Counted from the first letter of the stretch, positions 1 through 9,495 are shown. The stretch: 32,000 nt of DNA from Phycisphaera mikurensis NBRC 102666 (GCF_000284115.1 NC_017080.1:3771226-3803225), one strand, 5' to 3'. The notes: a model not told the origin generated them from the sequence alone. Numbers and translations are program-made.

Positions 1-756
1 GGCCCGGTCCGCCTTGGCCCGGCGCCTCTGGGCCAGCGTGCTGAGCATGTCGCTGTCCTCCCCAGGCAGCAGCCGCGTCATCAGCAAGAACATGCCGACC
101 AGGAAGCCGGTGAGGTAGCCGGCGAGGTGCGCCTCGTACGCGACGTTGCCGATGCTCAGGAGATTGAACAGCAGGTCCTGCCCGACGCGGAAGCAGATCA
201 AGACCACCGCGGAGACCTCGAAGCGGCCGATCGCGATCAGGAACCAGTACCAGATCGTCACGTCCAGCCGCGGGAACAGCGCCAGGAAGATCCCGGTGAC
301 CGCGGCGACCGAGCCCGAGGCTCCCAGCACCGGCGAGGACGACGTCAGCACGTGCGCCCAGCCGGCCAGCACGCCGCCGGCGAGGTAGAAGAGCAGGTAC
401 GGCAGCTTGCCCAGCCGGTCCTCCACGGCGCAGCCGAAGGCGTAGAGGAAGACCATGTTCCCGGTGAGGTGCCAGAGGTTCTGGTGCAGGAACGGGTACG
501 TGAAGAACTGGTGCAGCCGCGGGTACGCCGGCTGCAGGTAGCTCGTGTAGACGAGGTTGGAGTTCCAGCCGGCGAGCAGGTCGGGCCGCTGGATGCCCGC
601 GTTGAGGCTCTCCTGCAGCTGGGTCATCTGGTCGCCGAGGGCGAGGATCGACCGCTCGCTCACGAGGAACACCAGGACGTTCAACCCGATGATCGCGTAG
701 GTCAGCCACGGCATCGCCCGCAGAGGCCGGTCGGTGCCGAGGGGGAAGAAGAGCAT
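1..756 (-). CDS. Rhomboid-family intramembrane serine protease (3' end beyond window)
   Basis: Minus-strand translation from ATG at 756: MLFFPLGTDRPLRAMPWLTYAIIGLNVLVF...LWHLTGNMVFLYAFG...VLGASGSVAAVTG...YEAHLAGYLTGFLVG. It has the GxSG catalytic Ser motif (GASG) and a later His in a TM segment. Confidence 0.92.
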   Translation of the reverse strand, partial: MLFFPLGTDRPLRAMPWLTYAIIGLNVLVFLVSERSILALGDQMTQLQESLNAGIQRPDLLAGWNSNLVYTSYLQPAYPRLHQFFTYPFLHQNLWHLTGNMVFLYAFGCAVEDRLGKLPYLLFYLAGGVLAGWAHVLTSSSPVLGASGSVAAVTGIFLALFPRLDVTIWYWFLIAIGRFEVSAVVLICFRVGQDLLFNLLSIGNVAYEAHLAGYLTGFLVGMFLLMTRLLPGEDSDMLSTLAQRRRAKADRA

Positions 757-857
757 GCGGCGGGTGCGGGGTGCGGGCGGGGTGCGGGCGGGCCTGGGGC
801 GGCGTGGTGGCGTGGCGGCGTACACCGCGATGCCTCGCGGCCGCGCCCGGCCGGGGT

Positions 858-1880
858 TCAGCGGGCGGGGATCACGGTCCAGACGCGGCCGTCGACGGGC
901 AGGGGCGGCACGAGCGACACGGTCAGCTCGCGGCTGCGGCCCGCGGCGAGGCCGCCGGGCACCGAGACGCCCCAGGCCGCCGCGTCGGGCGGATCGACCG
1001 AGAGGTGCAGGCGCAGAGGCCCCGCCACGGCCTCGCCGTCGTTGCGGAGGGTGACCGCGATCCGCCGCGTCTGCCCGAGCGGGTCGGCCTCGGGCATCGC
1101 CGCGACCGCGACGCCGGGGAGGGGCTCGGGCCGGCCGGCGGCGGTGGAACGCGCGTACACCGTGGCGGGCTCGGCGGTCGGGGCGGGCGGCGCCGCGGCC
1201 GCGATGGGGGCCGGCCGGGGCGCCGGCTCGGGCGCCCGCTCGGCGGGCGCTTCTCCGAGCAGGGCGAACAGCCCGCCGATGAAGCCCGCCGCCAGCCCCA
1301 CCGCGAGCACCACGACCAGCGTCAGCCGGCGTCGCGAGCGGGCCCGCTCCGCCGCCTCGCGCCGCTCGCGGGCGCGGGCTTTGCGGAGCTGGTCGCGGGT
1401 GGGCGGCGCCTCGATCGGCCTCGGCGGCGGGGCGTCGCGGCGCCCGCCGCCGGCGGGCCCCGGCGCCGGGCCGTCGTCCTCGTCGGGTGCCAGCTCCGCC
1501 GGCACGCCGATGCCCGAGTCCGCCGCGCCCTTGAACGAGCCGTGGGCGCCGGTGTTCCCGGGGAAGCCGGCTTCGCCCTCCGACTCGCCGTCGCCGCCCC
1601 CATGGGCGTCCTCCGCCCCGTGCATCAGGCCCGAGAGCCCCGAAAGCCCGACCATCGCCTCCGGCTCCTCGCCCTGGAGCACGTCCTCCTCGGGCTCCCC
1701 GCCTCGCGATCCGGCCCGGCCGCCGGCGAGGGCCGCGCCGCCGGGCCCGCCCCCCTCAAGCGTTTCGTCCTCGATCCGGAAGACCTCCTCGCACGCCGGG
1801 CAGGCCACCTGCGCCCCGATGCGCACGAAGGAAGACTCCTGGACGTGTCCGCAACGGGGGCAGTGGAAGCGGTACTTCAT
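858..1880 (-). CDS. Hypothetical protein with N-terminal CxxC zinc ribbon (MJ0042-like) and one TM helix
   Basis: MKYRFHCPRCGHVQESSFVRIGAQVACPACEEVFRIEDE..., followed by a low-complexity acidic/Pro-rich linker and LTLVVVLAVGLAAGFIGGLFALL. Confidence 0.75.
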   Translation of the reverse strand: MKYRFHCPRCGHVQESSFVRIGAQVACPACEEVFRIEDETLEGGGPGGAALAGGRAGSRGGEPEEDVLQGEEPEAMVGLSGLSGLMHGAEDAHGGGDGESEGEAGFPGNTGAHGSFKGAADSGIGVPAELAPDEDDGPAPGPAGGGRRDAPPPRPIEAPPTRDQLRKARARERREAAERARSRRRLTLVVVLAVGLAAGFIGGLFALLGEAPAERAPEPAPRPAPIAAAAPPAPTAEPATVYARSTAAGRPEPLPGVAVAAMPEADPLGQTRRIAVTLRNDGEAVAGPLRLHLSVDPPDAAAWGVSVPGGLAAGRSRELTVSLVPPLPVDGRVWTVIPAR

Positions 1881-2016
1881 CCGCTGCGGAGCTTATGGAG
1901 GCACCGGCCGCCCGGCCCCGCCGGGTCGCGGCCGCCGGGGCCGCTGGGGGGGGGCCCTGGGCCCGGCCCGCGTCGCCGCCTCGACAAGGGCGGGCTCTTC
2001 GGCGACGCTCCCGCCC

Positions 2017-2847
2017 ATGAGCTTCACCCCCCCCGACCCGGCGGCCACGCCCCGGGCACCCGGCGAGATCTCCGCCGGCACCGACGGCGCCACCGGCCGC
2101 GTGACCCCCTACGGCGCGCACGTGTTCTCGTGGATCCCCGCCGGGCACGACGAGGTGCTGTACGTCTCACCGCGGGCGGTCCTGGATGGCAGCAAGCCGA
2201 TCCGCGGCGGCATCCCGGTGTGCTTCCCGTGGTTCGGCGCCGGCGGGTCCGGCGACGCCACGCCCGCCCACGGCACCGTGCGCCGCGACACCTGGGAGGT
2301 GAGGGAACGCCGCGGCGACGGCGCGGCCTTCGCGACGCGGGCGGGCGGCTTCGGCATCTCGCTGGACGCGAGCTTCGGCGACACGCTGACGCTCCGCGTC
2401 GCCGTCACCCGCACGGCCGACGACGCCGCGGCCTTCGAACTCGCCCTGCACAGCTACTTCGCGGTCTCCGAGGCCTCGGCGGTGTCGGTCACCGGCCTCG
2501 CCGGCGCCCGCGGCCTCGACAGCCTCACCGGCGAGACCTTCGAGCAGGACACCGAGCCCATCCGCTTCGCCGCCGAATACGACCGCGTCTTCACCGGCTG
2601 CCCCGGCCCGCAGACGCTGCACGATCCGGGCCTGAAGCGGAAGATCGTCATCACCCCGGACAACCTGCCCTCAGCGATCGTGTGGAACCCCCACGCCGCG
2701 AAGGCCGGCCGCATGAGCGACCTCGGCGCCGACCAGTACCCGCGTTTCGTCTGCATCGAGAGCGGACGCGTGCGGCAGGACGCGGTCACGCTGCGGCCCG
2801 GCGAAACCTTCGAAGCGTCCGTCGGGATCGCGGTCGAGGCGGCCTGA
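2017..2847 (+). CDS. D-hexose-6-phosphate mutarotase / aldose 1-epimerase-like protein (YeaD family)
   Basis: MSFTPPDPAATPRAPGEISAGTDG...SKPIRGGIPVCFPWFG...AHGTVRRDTWEV...NPHAAKAGRMSDLGADQYPRFVCIESG. The true start is the internal ATG at 2017, not 127. Confidence 0.85.
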   Translation: MSFTPPDPAATPRAPGEISAGTDGATGRVTPYGAHVFSWIPAGHDEVLYVSPRAVLDGSKPIRGGIPVCFPWFGAGGSGDATPAHGTVRRDTWEVRERRGDGAAFATRAGGFGISLDASFGDTLTLRVAVTRTADDAAAFELALHSYFAVSEASAVSVTGLAGARGLDSLTGETFEQDTEPIRFAAEYDRVFTGCPGPQTLHDPGLKRKIVITPDNLPSAIVWNPHAAKAGRMSDLGADQYPRFVCIESGRVRQDAVTLRPGETFEASVGIAVEAA

Positions 2848-2867
2848 GCGGATCCGCGGACCGCGGG

Positions 2868-3446
2868 TCAGCGGGGCCCGCTGGCCTCGCGGTCCGCGGG
2901 AACGACCGCGTCCAGCGCAGCGAGGGCCTCCTCCGCCGTCGCCACGAAGCGGTACGCCTCGCGGTACGCCGGGCCCGCGAAGCGGGCGGCCTCGAAGTGG
3001 TCGAACAGCGTCCGCAGGGGCGACCAGAAGCCCGCGACGTCGACGATGACCACCGGCTTGTTGTGGTAGTTGAGGAAGCGGTGCGTCACCACCTCGGCCA
3101 CCTCCTCCAGCGTGCCGAAGCCTCCGGGCAGCACGACGAAAGCGTCCGCGCGGTCGTCCATCACCTGCTTCCGCTCCCGCATCGTCTCCACCACGACGAG
3201 CTCGTCGGAGGCCTCGAACGCCAGCTCTCGACGCATCATCGCCCGGGGGATGACGCCGGTGACCGCCCCGCCGGCGGCCTGGGTCGCCCGGGCAACCCGG
3301 CCCATCAGACCGACGGAGCCGCCCCCGTACACCAGGCGCCAGCCCCGCCGCCCGACCTCCCGCCCCGTCGCCTCCGCCGCGGCCGCGAACGCCGGGTCGT
3401 CGCCGTCGCCCGAACCACAGAACACGGCGATCTTCATGCCGGGCAA
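2868..3446 (-). CDS. LOG-family protein (TIGR00730; cytokinin riboside 5'-monophosphate phosphoribohydrolase-like)
   Basis: MPGMKIAVFCGSGDG...YGGGSVGLMGRVARA...MRERKQVM...VVLPGGFGTLEEV. Canonical GGGxxGLMG and PGGxGTxxE motifs. Confidence 0.9.
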   Translation of the reverse strand: MPGMKIAVFCGSGDGDDPAFAAAAEATGREVGRRGWRLVYGGGSVGLMGRVARATQAAGGAVTGVIPRAMMRRELAFEASDELVVVETMRERKQVMDDRADAFVVLPGGFGTLEEVAEVVTHRFLNYHNKPVVIVDVAGFWSPLRTLFDHFEAARFAGPAYREAYRFVATAEEALAALDAVVPADREASGPR

Positions 3447-3693
3447 CGTAGAGGTTGCGCGGCGCCCGGGTCTCCGCGAGCCACCCGCACCACGGCCAGC
3501 GGCCGGCTCGGTCGTGGCCGTGGTCCCGGTCCACCCGCGTCTTCTCGCCGGTGTCGAGGTCGCAGCGGGCGGCGACGAGCTCGATCTTCCCGCCCTTGGC
3601 GGCGGGACCGACGCACGGCCGGCTCTTGCTCAGGCTCTCGACGGTCTGGCGGGCGTTCTCGGCGTAGGAGGCAGACCCGGTGCGGGAGCGGCC

Positions 3694-5763
3694 TCAGGCG
3701 TCGGAAAGCACCACGACGGCGTGGCAGGAGAACGGCGGGAGCGTGAGGCGGAGGCGGCCACCCTCCCGGCGGACCTGGGGTGCGTGCTCGGTCAGCGGGA
3801 GCGACACCTCCTTCGTGCCGTCGAGCGCGAGATCCAGCTCCACCCCGTGGAGCGTGGGCAGGTCCTCGATCACCTCGCAGCCGCCGCGGAGCGTGGGCGT
3901 GCCGTAGGTCAGGTGCAGCACGTGCCGGCGGTGCTCCGCCTGCCGGTACAGCGTCGCCCGGCCGGAGCTCCCGAAGCCGTCCAGCCGGATCTTCGCCACG
4001 AAGCCCAGCTCGGCGAGCACGGCGGTGAGCAGCTCGCGGTGCTGGCGGGCGCCGTGGCCGCTGTACATCCTCCCAAGCGGGTGGGCGATGAGGGCGACGC
4101 CGCCCTTGCGGGCGACGGCGACGTGCTCGCTGTCCTCCAAGCGGTAAGGCGTCTCTTGGTGGCTGGTGTAGTGGGCGTAGGTGCGGTCGAAGAAGGGCTC
4201 GCGGATCGAGGCGAGCACCTCGGTTCCGCCGCCGTCGACGGGCACGAAGCGGGGCGCGGCCTCGTAGTTGAGGAAGGGCCCGCGGCCCAGCCCGGCCCGG
4301 GCCCGCAGGGCTTCGCCGGCGAGCGTGTAATCGATCTTGAAGCGGGCGGGACCCGCGTACGCGAGCCCGACGTCCAGCGCGAGCTCGTCCTCGCCGAGCC
4401 GCAGCGCGGCGTCGCCGATCAGCACGACCCTCCCGCCGGCCTCGGCGTAGGCGGCCAGCTTCTCGGCGTCGTCGCGGGTGAGGCAACGCTGCGTCACGAC
4501 GACGGCGTCCTTGCCGGCGAGGCTCTCCGGCGTCACCCCCTCGAAGTCGCACTGCGTCTCGAGCAGCATCACGCAGGCGCCCTCGTCCTCCGGGGAGCTG
4601 GAGGTGCCGTGGACCGAGAGATCGCTGGGCCGCACGCCGAAGAGGACGCCCAGGTTGGTGTCGGGCTCGGCGCCGACGCAGAAGCGTTCGACCCGCCGGA
4701 CGTGGGCGAAGACCTCGCCGATGTTGCGGTAGGTCTGCTCGTCGAGCTCGCCGCCGGGGTGCAGCTGGTCGCCGAAGCTGCAACGCGCGTTGAAGGCGAG
4801 CATCGTCGACGCCTCGTAGCGGATCGCGTCGGGGTGCTTGTAGCCGCCGAACTCGCCCCAGGCGGTGTGGAACTTGCCGCTCATGGCCAGCAGCTCCTTC
4901 TTGTCGCGGGCGAAGAAGCGGGCCCGCGGCGGGAGCTTGTCGTAGCCGCCCCAGACGGTCGGCAGGTCCTCGAGCTCGTAGTGCGTCTGATGCCGCAGGA
5001 TCCGCGGCGGCGTGGTCATGTGCGTGAGGCCGTTGAAGAAGACCGAGCCGGGCTCCTCCGAATCCGCCGGCCGCAGCTCGTCGAGGATCGCCCGGCAGTC
5101 GCCCAGGAAGGCGTCCCACTTGTCGACGCTATACGCCGCCGCCGCGGCGTCGTCCTCGGCGTCGATTCCCGCCTCTTCCATCCCCGCCCGGCACCGCTCG
5201 CACCAGCAGGTCTCCAGGTTGCAGATGTCGTACCAGAGGCCGCGGGTCGGGTGCTTGGTGAGGATCTCGCGGGTCAGCTCGAGGATGTGCCGGCGGTAGT
5301 CGCCGCTGGGGCAGAGGAACTTCCAGAAGAACGCGTGGTACCGCTCGTCGGGGCCGCCGGTGAGCGCCGGCGGGTGCTCGTCCAGGTCGCGGTTGGTGTG
5401 GATCGTGCCGTCCTTGTTCCGGACGCACCAGCCCGGGTGCATCGAGGCCTCGGTCGCCGACCAGCCCACGGTCACGTACGCGGTGGTGCGGATGCCGGCC
5501 GCCTCGCACGCCCTCACCTGCTCGCCGAAGAGATCCAGGCCGGGCTTCAAGTTCGGGTGCCGCATGCCGACCTCGCTCGGGAAGTAGCACCACGAGTGGT
5601 GGCCCTTGGCGAAGAGGTTGATCGCGTCGACGTGGCCGAGCTTGAGGGTGGAGACGAAGGCCTCGGCGTCGAAGCGGTCGCCGATGTTCCCGAGGGCGTC
5701 GGAGGTGTGGAAGTCGAGGTGGACCTGGCGGAAGTTCGCGGATCCGAAGCGGGGTCTTGGCAT
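3694..5763 (-). CDS. Putative glycoside hydrolase (GHL/GH29-like TIM barrel with beta-galactosidase-trimerisation-like domain)
   Basis: 689-aa ORF MPRPRFGSANFRQVHLDFHTSDALGNIGDRFDAEAFVSTLKLGHVDAINLFAKGHHSWCYFPS...GLWYDICN...HTAWGEFGGYKHPDAIRYEASTMLAFNARCSFGDQLHPGG. This resembles the hypothetical glycosyl hydrolase 6 / alpha-L-fucosidase-like architecture. Confidence 0.72.
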   Translation of the reverse strand: MPRPRFGSANFRQVHLDFHTSDALGNIGDRFDAEAFVSTLKLGHVDAINLFAKGHHSWCYFPSEVGMRHPNLKPGLDLFGEQVRACEAAGIRTTAYVTVGWSATEASMHPGWCVRNKDGTIHTNRDLDEHPPALTGGPDERYHAFFWKFLCPSGDYRRHILELTREILTKHPTRGLWYDICNLETCWCERCRAGMEEAGIDAEDDAAAAAYSVDKWDAFLGDCRAILDELRPADSEEPGSVFFNGLTHMTTPPRILRHQTHYELEDLPTVWGGYDKLPPRARFFARDKKELLAMSGKFHTAWGEFGGYKHPDAIRYEASTMLAFNARCSFGDQLHPGGELDEQTYRNIGEVFAHVRRVERFCVGAEPDTNLGVLFGVRPSDLSVHGTSSSPEDEGACVMLLETQCDFEGVTPESLAGKDAVVVTQRCLTRDDAEKLAAYAEAGGRVVLIGDAALRLGEDELALDVGLAYAGPARFKIDYTLAGEALRARAGLGRGPFLNYEAAPRFVPVDGGGTEVLASIREPFFDRTYAHYTSHQETPYRLEDSEHVAVARKGGVALIAHPLGRMYSGHGARQHRELLTAVLAELGFVAKIRLDGFGSSGRATLYRQAEHRRHVLHLTYGTPTLRGGCEVIEDLPTLHGVELDLALDGTKEVSLPLTEHAPQVRREGGRLRLTLPPFSCHAVVVLSDA

Positions 5764-5967
5764 GGCGGCGGCGCGGGGGCGATGGGCGAGCGAGAGGGGC
5801 GGCACGAAGCTAACGCGGCGGGCCCAATTCGTCATCGATAAACCGTGCCGGTCGACCGACCGCCCGCCGGCCCGGCGGGTCGTGTAGATTGTCGACAAGT
5901 CTCCTCCGGCGGCCGGGCACGTGCCCGCACCTCCCGCCGGCTGTCTCCTCCTCCTTTTCGGAGCCCC

Positions 5968-6888
5968 ATGATGCGGATCCCCGACCGGATGCTGCTCTTG
6001 ACCGCCGCCGCCACGCTGCTCCTGGGCGCCGCGCACGCCCCGCCGGCCGCGGCTCAAGACTGGCGCGACATCGACGTCCCCCGCGACCCGCTGCCCGGCC
6101 ACGACTGGGTGCTCGACTGGTCCGTCTCGGACAGCTTCAACTACAGCGACAAGAGCGACTGGCGCTTCACGCGGCGCTGGCGAGAGGGCAAGCCCGATGG
6201 CTGGCTCGGCCCCGGCGCGACCTTCTTCAAGGCGGGCAACAGCTTCCTGGTCGGCGGCAAGCTGACGATCTTCGGCTCGCGGGTGCCCGAGGCCCGGCGT
6301 GGCGCCCCGCGCAACGACCACGGCTTCTTCACCGACCGCAACACGCACACCGCTTACATCACCAGCAAGAAGCAGCTGCGCCCGCCGCTGTACACCGAGG
6401 TGCGGATGAAGGCGTCGAGCACGCCGCTCTCGAGCAACTTCTGGCTGCTCTCCGACGACAACGAGACCGAGATCGACGTCGTCGAGATCTACGGCGACAC
6501 GGACTGGTTCCGCCGCCACCCGGCGCACAACGCCCACTTCTTCAAGCGCGGCGGCAACGGCGACATCAACCGCCAGGGCCACCACACCACCGACCGCCGC
6601 TGGGACAACCAGTACCACCGGTACGGCGTCTTCTGGCAGAACGACCGCTACTGCGAGATCTTCTACGACGGCGACCTCGTGCGTCAGATGTGGCTGCCCG
6701 GGCAGATCCCCGACCCCACCGGCCAGTACCTCAACCGGTCGATGCGTCTGATCTTCGACCTCGAGGCCCACACCTGGCGCAAGCAGGCCGGCGTGCCCAG
6801 CGACGCCGACCTCGCCGACTGGGGCCGCAACAACATGCAGGTGGATTGGGTCCGGACCTACCGCAGCGTCGGCCGCCGCGGGCGCTGA
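5968..6888 (+). CDS. Secreted glycoside hydrolase family 16, beta-agarase/porphyranase-like
   Basis: Signal peptide MMRIPDRMLLLTAAATLLLGAAHAPPAAAQ. GH16 catalytic signature ETEIDVVEIYG (E-x-D-x-x-E, beta-bulge form), plus DWRFTRRWREGKPDGWLGPG and YHRYGVFWQNDRYCEIFYDGDLVR. Confidence 0.9.
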   Translation: MMRIPDRMLLLTAAATLLLGAAHAPPAAAQDWRDIDVPRDPLPGHDWVLDWSVSDSFNYSDKSDWRFTRRWREGKPDGWLGPGATFFKAGNSFLVGGKLTIFGSRVPEARRGAPRNDHGFFTDRNTHTAYITSKKQLRPPLYTEVRMKASSTPLSSNFWLLSDDNETEIDVVEIYGDTDWFRRHPAHNAHFFKRGGNGDINRQGHHTTDRRWDNQYHRYGVFWQNDRYCEIFYDGDLVRQMWLPGQIPDPTGQYLNRSMRLIFDLEAHTWRKQAGVPSDADLADWGRNNMQVDWVRTYRSVGRRGR

Positions 6889-6972
6889 AGCGGCGACCGA
6901 CCGGCCCCGCAGGCCGGTGCCCTCGTCGGGCGGATCGTGGCAGCCCGCGGCGCGGTGGTCCGGCGCGACGCG

Positions 6973-7836
6973 CTAGTGCCGGGCGATCCGCTCCACGCGG
7001 CGCCGCCAGGCGTGCGGCGTCTCGCCGCCGTGCAGCCGCTTGAACACGCGGTGGAAGTGGGCGAGGCTCGGGAAGCCCGAGCGGAGCGCGACCTCCGCGA
7101 GGCCGTCGGCGGTCTGCAGCAGCCGGGTCTCCGCCGCCTGCACCCGCAGGCGGTGGCGGTACTCGGTGACGCTCTGCCCCATGGCGGCGGCGAAGCGGCG
7201 GGCGGCGGCGGACTCGGAGAGGTGGGCGGCGGCGGCGAGCTCGCCGAGGCTCACCCCGTCGCGGAAGCGGTCCTGGAGCAGGCGCGTCATGACCTCAACC
7301 GCGGGATCGGCGGCGCGGGCCGCGGACGCGGGGCCCAGCGGCGTGGACGCCGCCGCGGCCAGCGCCGCGAGGGCCGCGAGCAGGAGGCCCGGCACCCGCT
7401 CGGGCTCCGCGGCGTCGACGAGGCGGTCGATGGCCGCCTCGGCCGTCCCCGGCGCGAAGGCCAGCCCCCCCGCCGCCGCGGAGAGCAGCCCCACGATCCC
7501 GGCGCACTCGGGGAAGGCCGCCGCGGCTCCGCAGACCCGCGCCGCGTCGAACTGCGCCACGCTGGCGCGGCACGGCGGCCCGCCTGCCGGCGCCGGGGGA
7601 TCGTGACCCTCGGAGAACCAAGCGTGCGGCAGGTCGGGGCCGAGCAGCACGACGTCGCCGGTGCTGAAACGCGAGACCGCGGACCCCAGCAACGCCCGGC
7701 CCGTGCCCGCATCGATGCGGGTCAGCTCCACCTCGGGGTGGTGGTGCCAGGGCACGTCGAAGGCGTCGAAGCCGAAGCGCTTCACCAGGACCGACCGGCC
7801 GCTGCCCGCCTCGATGCGTTCGCGTTCGGGCTTCAT
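6973..7836 (-). CDS. AraC-family transcriptional regulator with N-terminal cupin-like domain
   Basis: VPWHHHPEVELTRIDAGTGRALLGSA... cupin start. C-terminal HTH VSLGELAAAAHLSESAAARRFAAAMGQSVTEYRHRLRVQAAETRLLQTADGLAEVALRSGFPSLAHFHRVFKRLHGETP. Confidence 0.9.
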   Translation of the reverse strand: MKPERERIEAGSGRSVLVKRFGFDAFDVPWHHHPEVELTRIDAGTGRALLGSAVSRFSTGDVVLLGPDLPHAWFSEGHDPPAPAGGPPCRASVAQFDAARVCGAAAAFPECAGIVGLLSAAAGGLAFAPGTAEAAIDRLVDAAEPERVPGLLLAALAALAAAASTPLGPASAARAADPAVEVMTRLLQDRFRDGVSLGELAAAAHLSESAAARRFAAAMGQSVTEYRHRLRVQAAETRLLQTADGLAEVALRSGFPSLAHFHRVFKRLHGGETPHAWRRRVERIARH

Positions 7837-8000
7837 GGCGGATCAACCTGCCCCATCCCCCAGATCGGATCGAAAACGCCGGAAACGTACACGATTTCGC
7901 GGGATCCGGCGACGCGGCGTTGCGCTCGGCGCCCGATGATCTTCCCGCTGGCGAGCCGACCGCGGCCGCCGCGACCCCCGTTCCCCTCGAAAGCCATCCG

Positions 8001-8870
8001 ATGACCACCTCCACCCCCCAAGCCCCGCCCGCCCCCGCCGTGCCCGCCGCGATCCGGCAGGAGCTGCAGACTCCGATGGAGCCCACGCCCGAGCAGGTCC
8101 GACGCTTCCGGACCGACGGCTACCTCAAGTGGAAAGACTTCTTCTCGCCGGAGCTGCTCGCCTTCTTCGACCCGATCGTGACGGCCTGCCTGCACGACCG
8201 CAACCCGCTCAAGGACGTGCCGATGGAGCAGCGGTCGGCCTACGACCGGGCGTTCATCCAGGTGCCGAACCTGTGGACCTTCAACGACACGGTGCGGGAG
8301 CTCTCCACGAGCGTTCGCGCCGCCTCCGCCGCGTCGCGGCTGCTGGGCACGACCGGCGTCCGCATGTACCACGACCAGGCCCTCTACAAGGAGGCCGGCG
8401 GCGGCTTTACGCCTTGGCACGTCGACCAGCACTACTGGCCGATCGGCACGGAGAAGACGGTGACGATCTGGTTCCCCTTCACCGAGGTGCCGGTGGAGAA
8501 AGGCCCGCTGATGTTCGGCAAGGAGAGCCACCACAAGCACATCGCCCGCGAGGTCGCCATCTCCGAGGACAGCGAGAAGATCATCGGCGAGGCGATCAAG
8601 AGCCACCGGGTGGTCGAGGAGATGAGCGGCTACGGCCTGGGCGAGGTGAGCTTCCACTACGGCTGGACGCTGCACCGGGCGGCGCCCAACACCACCGACG
8701 ACAGCCGGAGGGTGCTGACGGTCATCTACGTGGCGGAGGACGCGGAGGTGATCGAGCCGAAGTACGACGCCCACCGCTCCGACCTGCGGGAGTGGATGCC
8801 CGGCCTCAAGCCCGGGGACGCGGTGGACAGCCCCTTGAACCCGGTGCTGTTCCGCGAGGCTTCGGCCTGA
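8001..8870 (+). CDS. Phytanoyl-CoA dioxygenase (PhyH) family protein
   Basis: EQVRRFRTDGYLKWKDFFSPELLAFF...YHDQALYKEAGGGFTPWHVDQHYWPIGTEKTVTIWFPFTEVPVEKGPLMFGKESHHKH...GLGEVSFHYGWTLHRAAPN. HxD and distal H Fe-binding motifs. Confidence 0.88.
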   Translation: MTTSTPQAPPAPAVPAAIRQELQTPMEPTPEQVRRFRTDGYLKWKDFFSPELLAFFDPIVTACLHDRNPLKDVPMEQRSAYDRAFIQVPNLWTFNDTVRELSTSVRAASAASRLLGTTGVRMYHDQALYKEAGGGFTPWHVDQHYWPIGTEKTVTIWFPFTEVPVEKGPLMFGKESHHKHIAREVAISEDSEKIIGEAIKSHRVVEEMSGYGLGEVSFHYGWTLHRAAPNTTDDSRRVLTVIYVAEDAEVIEPKYDAHRSDLREWMPGLKPGDAVDSPLNPVLFREASA

Positions 8871-8902
8871 GAGCGGGGGGGGAAGCGGGACGTCCCCGAC
8901 AA

Positions 8903-8921
8903 AAGCCGCGGACCGCGGCTT
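8903..8921. terminator. GC-rich palindrome (aagccgcgg-a-ccgcggctt) between convergent genes; possible bidirectional terminator
   Basis: Perfect 9-bp arms lying between the convergent stops at 8870 (+) and 8920 (-). A-run on the 5' side. Confidence 0.4.
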
Positions 8922-9495
8922 AGATCCGCGGCGAACCCACGCGGTCCGCGGCTTCTTCGGGCACCAGCCGCTGGAGCGCCCCGCGGGTCGCCCAGCCCAG
9001 GCCCAGGACGCTCAGCGCCGTCGCCGCCACGCCCGCGGCCACGAGCCAGGGCGCCTCCGGCGACGCCCACGCCAGCCGCTCGAGCCCCGCGCCGAGCACG
9101 ACCACCGCCGCCACCCGCGGTGCCAGGCCAACGAGGGTGCCAAGCAGCAGCGGCCCACGCCTGACGCCGAACACGGCGGCCAGCGTGTTGGTGACCGCGA
9201 AGGGGACCACCGGGGACAGCCGCAGCAGGCCCACCAGGAGGGCCGCCCGGCCCGCCGGCGCCGCCGCGATCGCCGCGCAGACGGCCGCGCCCCGCCGGTG
9301 ACGCTCGACCCAGGCCAGCGGGGCCGGCCCCGCGAGCTTCCGGCCCGCCGCGTGCCCGACCAGCGCCGCAACGGTGGTCCCGCCGACCGCGACCGCGGCG
9401 CCCGCGGGCACGCCCAGCGACCAGCCGCACACCAGCGAGAGCAGGTGCGTCGGGACCAGCGCGAGCCCGCAGGCGGCCGCGCCCAGCAGCAGCAA
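8920..9495 (-). CDS. TVP38/TMEM64 (VTT/DedA-like) family membrane protein; start uncertain (may extend toward ~9670)
   Basis: AVGGTTVAALVGHAAGRKLAG...LLVGLLRLSPVVPFAVTNTLAAVFGVRRGPLLLGTLVGLAPRVAAVVVLG. The listed start is TTG, and coding-like hydrophobic sequence continues upstream in frame. Confidence 0.72.
   Translation of the reverse strand: MLLLGAAACGLALVPTHLLSLVCGWSLGVPAGAAVAVGGTTVAALVGHAAGRKLAGPAPLAWVERHRRGAAVCAAIAAAPAGRAALLVGLLRLSPVVPFAVTNTLAAVFGVRRGPLLLGTLVGLAPRVAAVVVLGAGLERLAWASPEAPWLVAAGVAATALSVLGLGWATRGALQRLVPEEAADRVGSPRI

Noticed and set aside
127-2847. 906-aa plus-strand ORF
   Set aside because: The first about 630 codons are antisense to the rhomboid and zinc-ribbon genes. Only the part from ATG 2017 (mutarotase-like) is convincing; the rest is a high-GC shadow ORF.
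3447-3693. Possible small protein (SYAENARQTVESLSKSRPCVGPAAKGGKIELVAARCDLDTGEKT) on the minus strand between the LOG and glycosidase genes
   Set aside because: Composition is somewhat coding-like, but no convincing start or family was recognisable; not strong enough to call.
3070-5841. 923-aa plus-strand ORF
   Set aside because: Antisense to the LOG and glycosidase genes; low-complexity GC3-driven composition without recognisable domains.
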